Shown: positions 11,110 through 25,378 of the stretch, piece by piece | How positions within the stretch are numbered: position 1 is the first letter of the stretch | Layout of the letters: the number at the start of each line of letters is the position of its first letter | Source of the DNA: Octopus bimaculoides | Taxonomy: Eukaryota | Length of the DNA: 55,594 nucleotides | Assembly (NCBI RefSeq): GCF_001194135.2 | Contig: NC_068988.1 | Location: 24,929,523 to 24,985,116 of the forward strand | Direction of reading: 5' to 3' | Made by a program: the position numbers and the translations under genes | The notes under the pieces: generated by a model | What the model was told of the DNA's origin: nothing | What the model saw: the letters and a program-made list of their open reading frames with translations, nothing else | Databases searched by the model: none

Positions 11110-12511
11110 GTCGAAATTTTAATGAATTTTGGTCGATTTGAGGTGAGGTGGCAGCGTGTTTGCGTCCTTGGTCTGTTTTCTTTCTTGTTTTCCGTAGGTT
11201 CTTTCGTCGTCCTCCTACGCAACATCACTATTATGTCTCTGTTGGTCCCTCTTCGTTTCAATTCTTTTCTCTCCTTTTACTATTCTTGCATCCTTTTAAT
11301 TATTTTATTTTCCTTATTATTTTAATTTTCTTCACTCATTACATCTTCATTCCGTTCCTTTTTCATCCCTTTCTCTCAATATTGCCTTCGTCTCCTTTTT
11401 CTATCTTGTTTATCCATTTCTCTCCAGTATAATTTTTTTATTAATATAATCATTTGCTATTCACTATGTAGATAACATGGATGAAATATGATTCAACTGA
11501 ATATGAAGGTTTAACAAAAAATAGTGATATCTAGACTTGCATGTGACTATCTATGGTGTGTAAAATTTTAATTTCAAGGACATGTTTACAAGGTAAATGA
11601 GTGCATATATATAACACGATACAACGTGTGGACAAGTAATGAACGTGTACAGAAAATAAACGTAGTAACAGATATATAAAAAAAATTATTTGCTTCAGTT
11701 TCTTCTAGTAAACACTTCAAGTCGGATAGGACGCAGTTTAGTGATTGAAAGAAAAAAGTGAACAAAAGAAATGTGTGTATATGTATGTGTGCGTGCGTAA
11801 GTCTATTCCATATATATATATATATATATATANNNNNNNNNNNNNNNNNNNNNNNNNNNNNNNNNNNNNNNNNNNNNNNNNNNNNNNNNNNNNNNNNNNN
11901 NNNNNNNNNNNNNNNNNNNNNNNNNNNNNNNNNNNNNNNNNNNNNNNNNNNNNNNNNNNNNNNNNNNNNNNNNNNNNNNNNNNNNNNNNNNNNNNNNNNN
12001 NNNNNNNNNNNNNNNNNNNNNNNNNNNNNNNNNNNNNNNNNNNNNNNNNNNNNNNNNNNNNNNNNNNNNNNNNNNNNNNNNNNNNNNNNNNNNNNNNNNN
12101 NNNNNNNNNNNNNNNNNNNNNNNNNNNNNNNNNNNNNNNNNNNNNNNNNNNNNNNNNNNNNNNNNNNNNNNNNNNNNNNNNNNNNNNNNNNNNNNNNNNN
12201 NNNNNNNNNNNNNNNNNNNNNNNNNNNNNNNNNNNNNNNNNNNNNNNNNNNNNNNNNNNNNNNNNNNNNNNNNNNNNNNNNNNNNNNNNNNNNNNNNNNN
12301 NNNNNAAAAATAATAATAATAAAAAGCAGAATGCTAAACTGAAAACATATTTTAATATAGATATGTGTAAGAAGGGTTAACCCTTCTGCGCTACATTTAG
12401 TATTCAAATAATATTGTTTAAGTGTGAGGATTATACTGAAGAAGCAAGATGCCTGAATTTAAGTACCTAGTTCATCCTAATCTTAATTATACTTTATTAA
12501 ATTTTTCACAA

Positions 12512-12542
<31 letters not shown>

Positions 12543-12571
12543 TAAACACACATACACTCATATATTTATAT

Positions 12572-12728
12572 GATGAGCTTCTTTCAGTTTCCGTCTACGA
12601 AATCCACACAGTTTGGTCGACACAAGGCTATTATAGAAGACATTAACCGAAAGTGCCTCGCAGTGGGACGGAACCCGCAACCATGTGGTTGGGAAGCAAG
12701 CTTCTTACCACACAGCCGCATTTGCGCC
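12572..12728 (-). mobile_element. SINE family A, 5' half
   Basis: Reverse complement reads GGCGCAAATGCGGCTGTGTGGTAAGAAGCTTGCTTCCCAACCACATGGTT...TAGACGGAAACTGAAAGAAG. Confidence 0.88.
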
Positions 12729-13643
12729 GAAATATAAAAAAAGTGTATGTGTATAAATATTGTGTAAAGTATTGTGTAAAGTATTGTGTGTATAAATATT
12801 GTGTAATGTGTAAAGAATGTATAAATATTAATGTAATGTGTGTATATATGTGTGTGCGTGTGTGTGTGTATGTGTTTGTAATATGTATGTATAAGTATGT
12901 GTGTATGAAAGTACAGATATATGAGAGAGAGAGAGAGTGTATGTGTGTGCGCGTGTGTGGGTGCGAGTGTGTGTGTGAATCGTGAGCGTGTGCGTGTGTA
13001 GATGAGAAATTGAGTGAATGCGTGTGTGTGTATGTGTGTATGTGTGTGCGTGCGTGCGAGTGTGTGTATTGAGTAGATTGTGAATCCTCTTATAAAACTA
13101 TAAAACATGTAAATACACGTTGCGACATAAAGGGACTAGATTTATATTAAAAGTGTATAGGATATGGATGAGAAGGTCAACTTGCTAGAAAATCGCTCTC
13201 AATGATTTTAATCGAGATTATCGACGATAAATACTTCCTCGTACATAATGTATGAGGACGACCGGCCTTACAAAGAAAAAAAATCATGCGGTTAAACATT
13301 AATACTTTTTAATATATCTCTCTCCCCAATCTGTCTCTCTCTGTCACACTGTATCTATTCATCCATTTATCCGTATGTCTATCTCTCTGTCTGTTGTCTG
13401 TCTCTCTGGTCACGAAATTTTGTCAGTGAACAGGTCGCGGTCTCAAGACGACGAAAATATTTTGGCAAATTAAATTTAAATGCCGAAGTGAATCTAACGG
13501 CTTTTGTGTGTTTTTAAACACCCTCCACGCTGCAATTGCTTTTGTTTCAGCACACGATCTAAGAGCAGGTCACTTGCTATGCAAGTACATCTCTGTAATA
13601 TATATATATATATATATTTATATATACATACATGCATACATAC

Positions 13644-13693
<50 letters not shown>

Positions 13694-13750
13694 ACTTCGG
13701 GATGGTTATATTGCCAGTTTAGCCAATACATACATACATAAATTTAAATA

Positions 13751-14126
13751 ATAAGGGTGAAAAACTGAATATTAATTTGATTAATATTAATTTAAAACCA
13801 GTGGCCTAGCATATTGAAAATATCTGAAGATTCAGAAAAATTATATTACATACATATAAGAGGGATGACCACTTAGTGGACATCCATTAAGCTAGAAGTA
13901 GATCACCTATGATCTGACCACTAAGAAAAGATTGTTCTCAAGAAAATTCAGCAAACACCAGAGCATAAGCGAGCAAGACAAATGAAAAGATACAAAATAT
14001 CTTTTCATTTGTCTTGCTCGCTTACGCTCTGGTGTTTGCTAAATTTTCTTGAGAACAATCTTTTCTTAGTGGTCAGACCATAGGTGATCTACTTCTAGCA
14101 TATTGGATGTCCACATTATCCCTCTA
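13751..14126. mobile_element. Asymmetric fold-back element: about 110 bp unpaired end plus near-perfect hairpin
   Basis: 13891-13992 pairs with 13998-14099 (3 mismatches, 5-nt loop), extending loosely to 13859/14126. The left part is homologous to 54385-54520. Confidence 0.85.
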
Positions 14127-14897
14127 TACGTATATATATATTTGTGTATTAAGGTTACCATTGGTTTCATGTTACATAGGTACCTTAGTATCTTAACAAT
14201 TATTCACGCCGATCATATCGAGGAATGGTGTCCGTCGCCATTTTGGATTAAAACACAGATAGGTCACGTAATGTTTAAATGATTGTATATCATTGCAGAG
14301 ATGTTGAAAAATTCGTGAACTAAGTGTATGTCAGTTATTATTTTTTTAAAATTCAGAATCAGTACTGATTAATTTACCGTCAACACACCTTATATCTGTA
14401 CATATCCATGCACGCGAACAAGTGTATAGTGTGTGTGTATGTATGTATGTATGTATGTATGTATGTATGTATGTATGAGTATACATCTATGCGTATGTGT
14501 ATATGTTTGTATATCTCTGTGTACATAGTCATATATAAGTACACATGCACAATATATATGCGTGGGTGAGTGTGTGTGTGGGGTAGTGGTGAATGTATGT
14601 ATGTGTTTGAATACTTCTTATTGCGATTGATTAAAGATTAATGGAGGGTGATTGAAGAATAGATTGGCTTTCAATTGCGAAGATTATGGACAAGTGAAGG
14701 CATCTAGCTAAGCGGAAACAATTGTACAAGTTTTTGTAATTAGAAAACGATAGTTAGCCCGAGGATCTTGTAATCGTAACACACACACACCCGTGTATAT
14801 ATATATGTATATATACATACATACACATATATATATATATGTACGTGTATATGTATATATATGGACATATATATACACACATATATGTTTGTGTATA

Positions 14898-14945
<48 letters not shown>

Positions 14946-15345
14946 CTATCTAACTATATATAATATGTATATGTNNNNNNNNNNCACATACATACATACA
15001 TACATACATACATACATACATACATACATACATACGTGCATTCATATACCGAAGTTTAAATGACATAAGTTGCTCGCTGAATTTTTCGCTATCGCATGCA
15101 CTACGCACACGCCTCCGCGCCTCCGCGCACACATACCCCAAAACACTCAGACACACACTCACACATACGCATGCGTGACACACTCAAACGCAAATACATA
15201 TACACACACGTGTGTAAGAGATTATGTGTATGTGGGTCAATATGTGTGAATGTTTCTTCGCGTATGTGTGTGTGTGTTAGCGTATATATGTGTTTGCGTA
15301 TATACATTCCAGAAATCCAAGCGTACTTCACATATCTGTATATAT

Positions 15346-15380
<35 letters not shown>

Positions 15381-15575
15381 CGTATAGGTAGATATCCACA
15401 GAGACAGACATAGATACACACTTACACGGTAGCTTTCTTGTGTTTGACTGTGTAATTAGTGTGTTTCTTTTTCTTGATACGTTTCCCTGCTTGGGGAGAG
15501 TAATATCTTGATTGGATCAGCAAATACGCAAGAAACAGAAAATCTCTAGGACACACACACCCACACTCACACACC

Positions 15576-15614
<39 letters not shown>

Positions 15615-16273
15615 TACATCACTGAAACACTCTACGCTGACTATACACAGGTAAACGAAGATCACTATAGATTCAAGTATTCACACAAACACACACACCT
15701 ACACAAACACTCACTGAAACGTACTCTCTATTGATACATATATACAGTAATTGAGGTGGATAAACACGCACATACACACAAACACATGTATAAATATATA
15801 TATAAAGTGTAGTATATTGCCACTTAAGTTATATATATATANNNNNNNNNNNNNNNNNNNNNNNNNNNNNNNNNNNNNNNNNNNNNNNNNNNNNNNNNNN
15901 NNNNNNNNNNNNNNNNNNNNNNNNNNNNNNNNNNNNNNNNNNNNNNNNNNNNNNNNNNNNNNNNNNNNNNNNNNNNNNNNNNNNNNNNNNNNNNNNNNNN
16001 NNNNNNNNNNNNNNNNNNNNNNNNNNNNNNNNNNNNNNNNNNNNNNNNNNNNNNNNNNNNNNNNNNNNNNNNNNNNNNNNNNNNNNNNATATACGTAAGC
16101 GCACGTAATCATACACGCGTACAGATTTTCCTCAGATCGAATTTTACATTCATTAATCTTCTGTTGTGTTAATGTGATCAACAAGCTAAGAAGAAAAGAA
16201 TTAGAGAATTACTGAATTTTATATTGTTGGTAATCGAAATTCGACGGAGTTTCTCAGTGAAGAAGAATAAAGT

Positions 16274-16278
16274 GCAGC

Positions 16279-16345
<67 letters not shown>

Positions 16346-16387
16346 ATAGTAGTAGTTGTAGTAGTAGTTGCAGCAGCAGCAGCAGTA
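16274..16387. repeat. (GTA)n/(GCA)n trinucleotide microsatellite
   Basis: Directly visible in the sequence. Confidence 0.97.
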
Positions 16388-18919
16388 GCACATAACGGTT
16401 CATTTGGTGACTGATCCCCAAATTGAAAGCAAAACCCACATCGCATCTCAATATAAAATACGTTGACACATTAATTATTTCTTTACATTCTCCTATTTCA
16501 TACATGATTAATCTTCTCAATTTAGAAGTAAAGTAATAGAAGGTTTGCAGGGAGCGACGTGGTTTCGTTTCCTAAAGCTGTTTCATTTTAATTTGATCTC
16601 TAATTCAAACCTTGGCAATGATATGAATAGGATCCATCAACTGATGCTAGAAATAAGCACGACATAAAACATGATAGAACATGCTGAAAAGGCGCACTGA
16701 GTAATGTTATTGCTAGCTACACTATTCCTGAAAAAATGTCCGTAATTCACAGAAAAAAACGTCTTTGATCATAAGCCTGACTTAGAAACATCTTGATTGT
16801 ATCAAACTGTTGTGTCGACGCCCCCAGACGATGAAGTAGGCTAGCCCAATACGTAGATATAGAGGGAGAAGTTTAGACGTCGTAGTAGTTGAGTAGAGGT
16901 GCTGTGCTGTTGGAAGAGGAAAGAATAGAAAAACTGGATAGGTTGGATAGTAGTGATGAAGTGTCAATTAGAATCAAGACGATCATGGCATAGAGAATAA
17001 GAGCTATGAGGTCTTTCTGAAAGGGTTTCTTTGATGAATAATTAGAGTGACAGCGTAAAAGCATTACTGTCAACTTCAGGGTGGCAATAAAATAAAATAC
17101 ATGCAGATCTGTTGTAAAAGAAAGTGCCACAAATACACTATGATCATACGAACAGACAGCGAAATTATAAATATATGACAACTTACTTCAAAATGTGATG
17201 AAACTTCAAAAAATATATTACGTATAGGTGTGCAAATATGTAGTTATCAACTGAAATCACAGTTCCATCATTTCTAACATTTATAATATTATCAATATTT
17301 TCTTATATAATTATTTCAGAAATTATGAAATAAATAAGATCGGTTGTTTAGTTTTGAAAATATTTTAAATCTTCGAACACAAAGAAACATAATTTCATGC
17401 ATTTGAGAATATTGTTTTTATGCATGAAGTAATATATGTCCATAGAAATGGATATAGACTCATTTTTTTTCTTTCCATATTTGTTGTTTTCCATAAATGT
17501 CCAATTACTATAATCTGTAAATAAATAGCTTGATATCGCTCGTTGGGGCAACTTTTCAGATCAAAAATATCACAGCGCGGAGTTTAATGTGACAGGAAGT
17601 ACAAGAACATTACAATCATAACACTCATACATTTCGCTGTAATTTATGATATATCTGTTAATTAAGACTTTACAAGCAGCCTATTACTGTATATATTGGA
17701 CAGAAAAAATTGGTTTTGGATTTCAAACAATTTATTAGAGAGACATCAGTTTGCTTTCGTTTCCAAGCCACTATTTTCATTGAACGACAGCTTAACTTAA
17801 TGTCTAATAGTCAATTATGGTTTCTCAGATGGGAATTATTCGTGACAGATGTATAATTTACACTCAAGAAGTCATGGAGAGAAGAGAAATCATTTACTGT
17901 GCAACTATAATGACAAAACAGTTTGATGAGTGGCATTTTTCTTGTTAGGACATAGTAATTTGTTGTAATGTTAGTTTTAGAAACATGTAATATTGGGTAT
18001 TAGACCAAATCTGCACCATTGCGAATAACATATTTACATCTTGATAATGTGAACTACAGAATAATTTGCTAGTTATTTTATAACTGTGATTCGGTAATTT
18101 AACTGTCAATATCAACATGAAGTGAAACGTCTCAATGATGGTGCTGAGATTCGTGTTCTTAACGCACAGATCAATCATAACCAAACATCAGTGATGAATT
18201 TATTTCATGCTGATGTATTAGAAATATATTCTGGAGAAGAGAGTCACTCAGTATAATCTGTGTTACTTTTAAAATTGCTTGCATTAATTTCACGATGCTT
18301 TACTGAAAAAAAAAACAAAAAACAAAAAACAAAAACAGAATCCTTTGCAAATAAAGTCAAACTTGTCATTACTCTCTTAGAAATTTTCGTAATTACAAGC
18401 GATCATCTGACGTGATACACTTCTTCAGAGTAAAAAAATAATAATTACCTGACACTTTTCCTGATTCACTTCCATCAAACTTGTCTCCTACTTTCAGTTT
18501 GTTCAAATCCCTTCTTATTACGATAAAACGACAATCGCAATTAACGATTTCTTAAATCTTTATCAATATTAGTTCAACGATTAAAACTTTTAGCCTGTCG
18601 ACAAATATGTTAAACCTTTCCAGACTGAATTATTTCGGTAGGATAAGCATAAATACAGATTTAGAGCAAAAACTGTTAGCTCAAGTTGAGTTTATTATTC
18701 GGTCGTTAATGTTCATTGCTTGAAGTTAATTTGTCAACATTATTTATCGTAAACAAAATGTGAGCTTTTTTTTATATATAAACATAGGAGTGTTTTGTGT
18801 TGTATTATTTATAATTATCGTTTTTGAATATGATAAATGCCATTTTAAACAGATAACATTAACTTTTTCAGTTTCTTTGATATCAAATTGTATATCACCA
18901 ATTCAGTTCTCTTCTGCCT

Positions 18920-19290
18920 CTAACTGTCCAGGTAGTGCACATTCGTTGGCTGTTCCAGAGAATGTCCGCTATATGGTCCACGAACACAATCAACTTATAC
19001 ACAACAATCCAGATCTATAATAGCATACTTCTACAAATTGTTTTCTCTGCCTCTGATAAATACTAGCATCGTTAAAGAATACAAAAAGCTAGATGTTTTC
19101 CAAATATGCTTCAGAAGGATTCTGAGAACGTATTGACAAGATCACGTAACCAATGAAGGTGTTCTAAATAGAGCCAACACAAATCCACTTAGTAAAAACA
19201 TCACGGAAGAAAGTTTGGATGCTCTGGTTACAAAAACGAATCCATTTTAAATCCAGACTGAGAACTACATGGCGCAGAATATCCTTAACC
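18920..19290 (+). mobile_element. RTE-type LINE C-terminal fragment
   Basis: Translates as LFQRMSAIWSTNTINLYTTIQIYNSILL and then, after a frameshift, KLDVFQICFRRILRTY*QDHVTNEGVLNRANT. These match the post-RT IW..TKIRLYNS and KLDVF...RRIL...W.D..SNE motifs. Confidence 0.75.
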
Positions 19291-19959
19291 GATATAAAGT
19301 ATGTTAACATTGCATGAGCAGTTGTAGAGAAAATCGCAGCTAACAGAAGCCAGTGGCATCAATTTTTTGCCCCATGTGCTCCAGAGCACAGGAGGAACTG
19401 ATAGTGAAATTTCAGTTTTCTCAGGCAAAATAGATCAAACTTAATGTGCTTTGAATATTAATTTACGCTTTTGCATAATACAACTGATTCATTGGGAATT
19501 CTAACTTTTCCAGTAAGCATGGCTCCAAGAAATATCTTTTAATTAATTCTTCCTTATACTCCTACAAATCTGAAGTAGAATATTCCTGCCGTTTATCTGT
19601 AAACTTTGCATTAGTTCAGAACATGTATTTCAGTTGGGCTCTACTACTTACACTTACATAACAGTAAATAGGCCCAATCAAAGATAACTATTAAAATATT
19701 TCTTTAGAAATGAAATCTATGCTTTCCTTTTTAAGAATATATGCATTTGCCTGATAGAGGAATGGTTGCTTGTGAATTTGGTGATATCATTTTCATGTAC
19801 AGTCAATCTTCTGGTAGCGAAACTTTTAGTACACGTCGTCCATTGAAACTCATACAAGTGTACCATACTTACTTATTCATGACGCATACATTTGAAATTT
19901 TGTGAAGATATGTTGTTTGCCCCACCAGGACTTATCAGGTGTAGGTCGCTACAACTTTA

Positions 19960-20070
19960 TTTTATCATTTATTTGTTTCAGTCATTAGACAGCGGCCATG
20001 TTGATGTGCTACTTTGAAAGGTTTTGCTGAACAAATCGACCCCACTAGTGTTTCTAACTCTGGGCACTTT
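19960..20070 (-). mobile_element. SINE family A, 3' part (degenerate)
   Basis: TTGTTTCAGTCATTAGACAGCGGCCATG is shared with 29645-29730 and 46425-46620 and, reverse-complemented, with 28875-28951. Confidence 0.75.
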
Positions 20071-21329
20071 TTGTAGAACTGCAAAGTTATAAATGTCATT
20101 TTCTTTTATTTTATGGAATATCACCTCAGTTCGTCTAATAGTACATCTCTTGCAGGGTTTTAATATTTATGCAAGCATTTTGATTTCTACTTAATTCTGT
20201 AAAACAGTTGTCTTAGTTTCAGACAGTTTTGCACCGTTCGTTTTTTAGGATGTCATACTGCTAATTCCCAAAATTTCCGATTATATTGAGGTTACGAAAT
20301 TTATAGCTTATCGTGCCTATACAAATAAATATTCGAAAGACTTCCGAAATTTCGAGCACACCTACATTTGATCGGTTTACTATTTGTCTTAGCGACATTC
20401 ATAATGATGCAACGTCAGCGTGCCTCAAAACATGAAGGTGCGGTAATCATATGAAGAATCACCTCCTAAGACATTTTCCTTAAGAACATAATCAATTTCT
20501 TTGTTATTCAGTCAATGCTTTTACTGATGTGTCTATAGCATAGAATGAGTTATTTCAGATTTGTTATTCTTACCACTTTCCAGAATTCTTGGGAAGAATC
20601 GAAGTGATATGGTGAGAGGTGTTCTGCTATATTTAAGGGAAACATTTGGAAACCATCATGGACATCTTCTGCGCTTAAACTAATTTTCTCTATTGCAGTT
20701 ATTGCATTAGTTACTTTTCAGTCAATATAAATGATGTTTGTAACATCTTCATGTAATTTTCAATGATGAAAATCTCCATCGATTCTGCAATTTATTTCTG
20801 TAACAGCAGAGATGTGAAATTATTATTAACTTGTTTACTGCATAGTTAATGTAACTGGTGAGGATCTACAGGGAGTAACCTACTTCTTTCACAACAACAG
20901 CGGCTTTAGCGACACTATTTGTTATTGAAAACTATAGAAATTTGTGGTTCGTTTTATTTTAAAATTTTACAGATTAATAACAGAAACCGATGAAGTTAAT
21001 AAAATATAAAGTCTAATATTTTGTGGAATTTTAGGGTTTTCCAGTGTAATGGATGAAAACAAGAAAATAATATCAGAATATTTAGCTATTATATTATTCT
21101 GCATATGCAGAACTTTGGAGTCAGAATTTGTTTTTCATTAAAATGACTGAAATAATTAACATAATAAGTGGATATGTAAATGTGATACATCGATATACGT
21201 TTCATTATGACGCTTATTTTCTGAAATCAATAATTATTGGAAAACTAAGTTTAGTTTTAGATTTAGTTTTGAGGTAAATTTATACACCATTTCGCAGCAG
21301 TATACTCACTTGTATGTGTGTCCCAACCC

Positions 21330-21600
21330 ACATCCCACCCTTGCTTCCCCCACTCTCAACTCCGCCACACCCCGACACAATCGCATCACACACCACCACA
21401 TCATACACCACCACACCACACAATACCACATCACCACACCACCATACCACACTATACCATATCAAATCACACCACCCCGCACACGCTAACACTGACCACT
21501 TCCCAGCATCCACTCCATCATCCACACACCTACACATGCACACACGCACAAGTCCAGGTCACCAGCCCCCATCCACAAACACATACACGCTCTAACATAC
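21330..21600. repeat. CAC/CCA-rich low-complexity tract
   Basis: Directly visible; gives the spurious H/T/P-rich ORFs. Confidence 0.8.
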
Positions 21601-21919
21601 ACACGCAGGTGCACCTTCGTTTTGGGATCACCACTAATTTTGAACATTTTGTGTAGGTCTCTGAGGCGGTTTCGCCAAGCTTTTGGCAAAGGAGATGCAG
21701 ATTCTCTGGTCAACCTTTTCTGTCATGGTCTATGCGACTATCACACGCTGCACACCTTCGTTCCAAGCACTGCTGTAGACAGCAGAAGTGTGCCAGAACG
21801 TTAAAACTTAATGAGGATGCACAGTAGATCCGAAGGTCAATCTGTGCTAAACGTCTTCACTCTGCGTGCTTCAGCTTCATTACTATATCAACAGTCCGGA
21901 TACTTACTGATCAGACCAC

Positions 21920-21979
<60 letters not shown>

Positions 21980-22473
21980 CTGTGTGTGTGTGCGTGTGTA
22001 TGACTAGATAGATATAGATGCATACACCCACACATATACTTGAGTGTGATAAAGAGGTTGTATGTACATACGCAGGCACATTCACGTGCAAAAGTTAACG
22101 CACACTATTTAAATTACAAATATCAAAGTCACTGATTAAGAGGACTTAGAGAATTGTGGAACGTGATTAAAGTGTACAAATGTTATTTTCACTTCATATT
22201 TTCAGAAATGACGCAGTGTAAGAGATTGGAATATTGGTAGTTTTATTCCATGCCATTTGATCGATACTGCTCAGAAACTACATGGACTAAGGGTTATCGA
22301 TATTAAATACTTGAAGTAGTATCGACTAAAATCTTAAGAAATGTTCCCTGGAGGTGTTTAAATATAGGTTTCTCTGAAAAATTTTCTCTTTAATATGTGT
22401 AGATATTTTGTGTTCGAATGTATTTATATCTGGGAGGAAGGAACGTACGTTTGTATATAAGAATGTACAATAT

Positions 22474-22481
22474 CTATCTTT

Positions 22482-22557
<76 letters not shown>

Positions 22558-22580
22558 CTATCTACCTATCTACCTATCTA
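22474..22580. repeat. (TATC)n tetranucleotide microsatellite
   Basis: Directly visible; similar tracts at about 31560-31700 and 46385-46424. Confidence 0.97.
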
Positions 22581-23269
22581 ATTTCTATAGACAGATAGAG
22601 AGATAAATGGATACACAGATATATCTTGGTGATATGTTTGTGTGTTCGCATTAATACATGTTAGTATGCGTTTATCTTAGTGTAGGTACATGCCTCTATC
22701 TATCTTTCTTTCTCTACTGCACTAAAATAAATATATATCACATACGTAACAAATTCTACTATAATATCGTAAGTGTTCCAGAACACACATCTGGAATGTT
22801 CAATATCTCTCTAAATATACGCCAGCCCAACTAAACAACCATGGTGACAAAAAATCGAACTACAGAGACCAGAGTCTGCCTTAAATCATATGCTTTCATT
22901 TTTAATTTTTTTCAGACACGAAACTACTTGGCTTTGAAAAGGTTATCGCCTGCTACGAAATGGAGTTTGGGCGTTTATGAAAGGAGACAATGTAATCGAT
23001 AGACAAAATTTTACATACAAGCAGGTTACTAACCGCACATGCATAACTATCTCCAATTCATTTTTATCGTTTCACGCGGACTTCAGAACTTATGAATATT
23101 ACACAAATAATAGTAAATGAAGTTCAATATCTGGCCTTCTATGTGCTTCACACTGTGGATGCACACATACTGCAGTAGCAGCAGGTGCTTCTGCTACTTC
23201 CATTGCTGCAACTATTAGCAGTGGTAGTAGTTGTAGTAGTAACAATAATAAAGACAGCAATATATTTTG

Positions 23270-24205
23270 TTTACTAATCACTAGCAGAAAAACAATATTT
23301 CGGGGACAGTACACAGCGATACAATGCAATACTCCGTTTACACAAAACAGAAAGAAACAAAAATTTCAAGCAAGACAAATTTTCTTAAAAGGCAAGGAGC
23401 ACTTCCGTGGGCTGTTCTGAAAAGCTACATAAAACCACGATTATCCTGATCACTAAGGCGACTGGTCACGCCCTATCCCTCTCATTCAACATAGAGGTGC
23501 ATGCTCAAAGTGGGTCGTTTCCCTTGGAGCATCCTTGCTACTGTCATCTACTTAGCAACCTTTTTTTAAATCTGCATCACTTACATCTCCGCCCCGACTT
23601 TCCTTTCCAAGCGGAACTTGATAAAATTTATGAGGTCTTGGTCAATGAGGATGATATTTATCTTCAGCAGTTCTAACTTGGTCTCCATAATGCGGATAAA
23701 AGCTCACTACCATTCCCGGTCAAAACAAGACGACAGGATGATCCTCACAACGGTCTCAGCTGAAAGCCCGGTCCGTTCTACACGCAACAACAAATATTCG
23801 ATATAATTCCACAACTCAACAATTCGCGTATACTGGACTGAATGCAAACCAGTTGCGTTGCTCTCTGCGCATCTCGGACAGTCAAGACAGATTACGCTTC
23901 TATGCTCGTAGAGTTTGCCTTCAACCGGCATTCCACCGAGAAAGAAATGACAGGCCAGAAATAGCTGGAGATTATCCATAGGCCTCGGCCCCAAATCTCC
24001 CCACGAAAAATTCAGTAAGTTGATACTTGTCGACGCCCAGATATTTCCTGAGAACATCGTCGCTCTTGCACGCCACAACACTAAGTCTCTATGGAACTCC
24101 AAAGCGGAATTTCCACCTACAACATTTCCCGACTGAGAGAGGGCTGTGAGCATCTGACCACATCTAATTGTCTGGCGCTTTTCCCAGGTTGGATCAGAAA
24201 TGACT
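23270..24205 (-). mobile_element. L1/Tx1-type LINE 3' fragment (CCHC region, C-terminus and 3' UTR)
   Basis: Minus strand gives CLDCPRCAESNATGLHSVQYTRIVELWNYIEYLLLRVER and later DLINFIKFRLERKV, resembling the zinc-finger/C-terminal region of L1/Tx1 ORF2. Stops and frameshifts follow downstream. Confidence 0.6.
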
Positions 24206-24227
24206 ATTTTAATGATTTCTTTTAATA

Positions 24228-24308
24228 GTACTGATAATAATGATGATAATGATAATAATGATGATAATAATAATAATGATGATAATAATAATAATGATGA
24301 TAATGCTG

Positions 24309-24367
<59 letters not shown>

Positions 24368-24368
24368 C
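24228..24368. repeat. (AAT/GAT)n microsatellite
   Basis: Directly visible in the sequence. Confidence 0.97.
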
Positions 24369-24479
24369 TACTTACCCTCCTCAGGCTTTCAGTCATACTG
24401 TAACATCTGTTATCCTTCGCTCGCCTTAGGACGCTGGGTGTGTCTTGGCAAGTGATTATAACAAAGGAAATAATAATAA

Positions 24480-24972
24480 TAAAATTTAGCACGTCAGTTA
24501 AAGGCGCCAGTTTCAGGAAGAAAAGGATAGGTGAGAGCGAGTCTCTTTGGAACACTCCTTTTCTAATGGGGACGGCTGTAGTTTTTATGATCCCCTCTTT
24601 TTTATGAAGTTGTAGCAATGTTTGCCATTTATTCATGGCATGTTTTATAGATTTTACCATTATTGACTCTACTCTGACTATAGCTGGTGTTTCCAGGATC
24701 CATGTATGGGGAATACTGTCAAAAGCCTTTCGATAATCGATCCAAGCCATTCTTTGGCCCTTTTTCTTTAGGCTGTCTTCAGTTTTGGCTTTATTGATCA
24801 ATAACTGATCGTTACAGCCATATTTACAGCATCCGTCCTGCTCTTCTGCAAACACGTTTTCTTCCAGATGTCTGCAAATTCTCTGCGCTATTATTGCGGT
24901 TAATGCTTTGTAAGTTATTGGGAGACAGGTTATGGTCCGGCAGTTTTGTAGGTTTGTTATTTCGGAGATTGT
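24480..24972 (-). mobile_element. R4/Dong-like non-LTR reverse transcriptase fragment
   Basis: Translates as NCRTITCLPITYK...EEQDGC...GCNDQLLINK...MAWIDYRKAFDSIPHTWI...IRKGVFQRDSLSP. It is truncated before the catalytic DD motif. Confidence 0.85.
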
Positions 24973-24974
24973 TA

Positions 24975-25007
<33 letters not shown>

Positions 25008-25020
25008 TCATCATGATTTA

Positions 25021-25150
25021 AGGAGAGCAGAATCGGTATAGCATCGGACATAATGCTTTGTGGCACTTCTAGATCTTTAAGTTCTGATTCCAGTTGCCTC
25101 AAAGTAGACTTTACCGTTCATCCTTTCAGAGTTGACACCATAAAATACCA
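25021..25150 (+). mobile_element. SINE family C, 5' part (degenerate)
   Basis: GCAGAATCGGTATAGCATCGG...GTTCTGA...TTCATCCTTTC aligns by eye to 39352-39566. Confidence 0.65.
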
Positions 25151-25189
25151 ATAAAGAAATGATGTAAATGTAATTGTCACACAACCCAA

Positions 25190-25378
25190 CACCTAAAGCT
25201 TTCGGCCTTTACAATTTTACGTCCCAAGTTCAAATCCCACCGTTGTCGAAGCCGGCTTTACTTTCCATACTCACGAGGTCGACAAAATAAGTACCAGTCA
25301 AATACGAGGGTCGATGTATTCGAGTAGCCTCTGCCACTCATAAATCAAGCCTTGTGTCTAGAATAGACGGGATGATTC
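25190..25378 (+). mobile_element. SINE family C, 5'-truncated, running into (CTT)n
   Basis: Contains GTTCAAATCC, GAGGTCGACAAAATAAGTACCAGT and GCCTTGTGTCTAG. Confidence 0.75.

Noticed and set aside
13810-13850. CTGAAGA-TTCA-GAAA hammerhead-like core
   Set aside because: Stems II and III are too short to form, and the homologous copy at about 54443 lacks the GAAA spacing.
16873-17181. 102-aa hydrophobic minus-strand ORF
   Set aside because: No recognisable family motif or splice support; hydrophobic ORFs arise easily in AT-rich DNA.
17820-17950. Acceptor-like TTTCTCAG followed by a GEK-containing stretch suggesting a C2H2 exon
   Set aside because: All frames hit stops, and there is no C-x2-C...H-x3-H pattern or good donor site.
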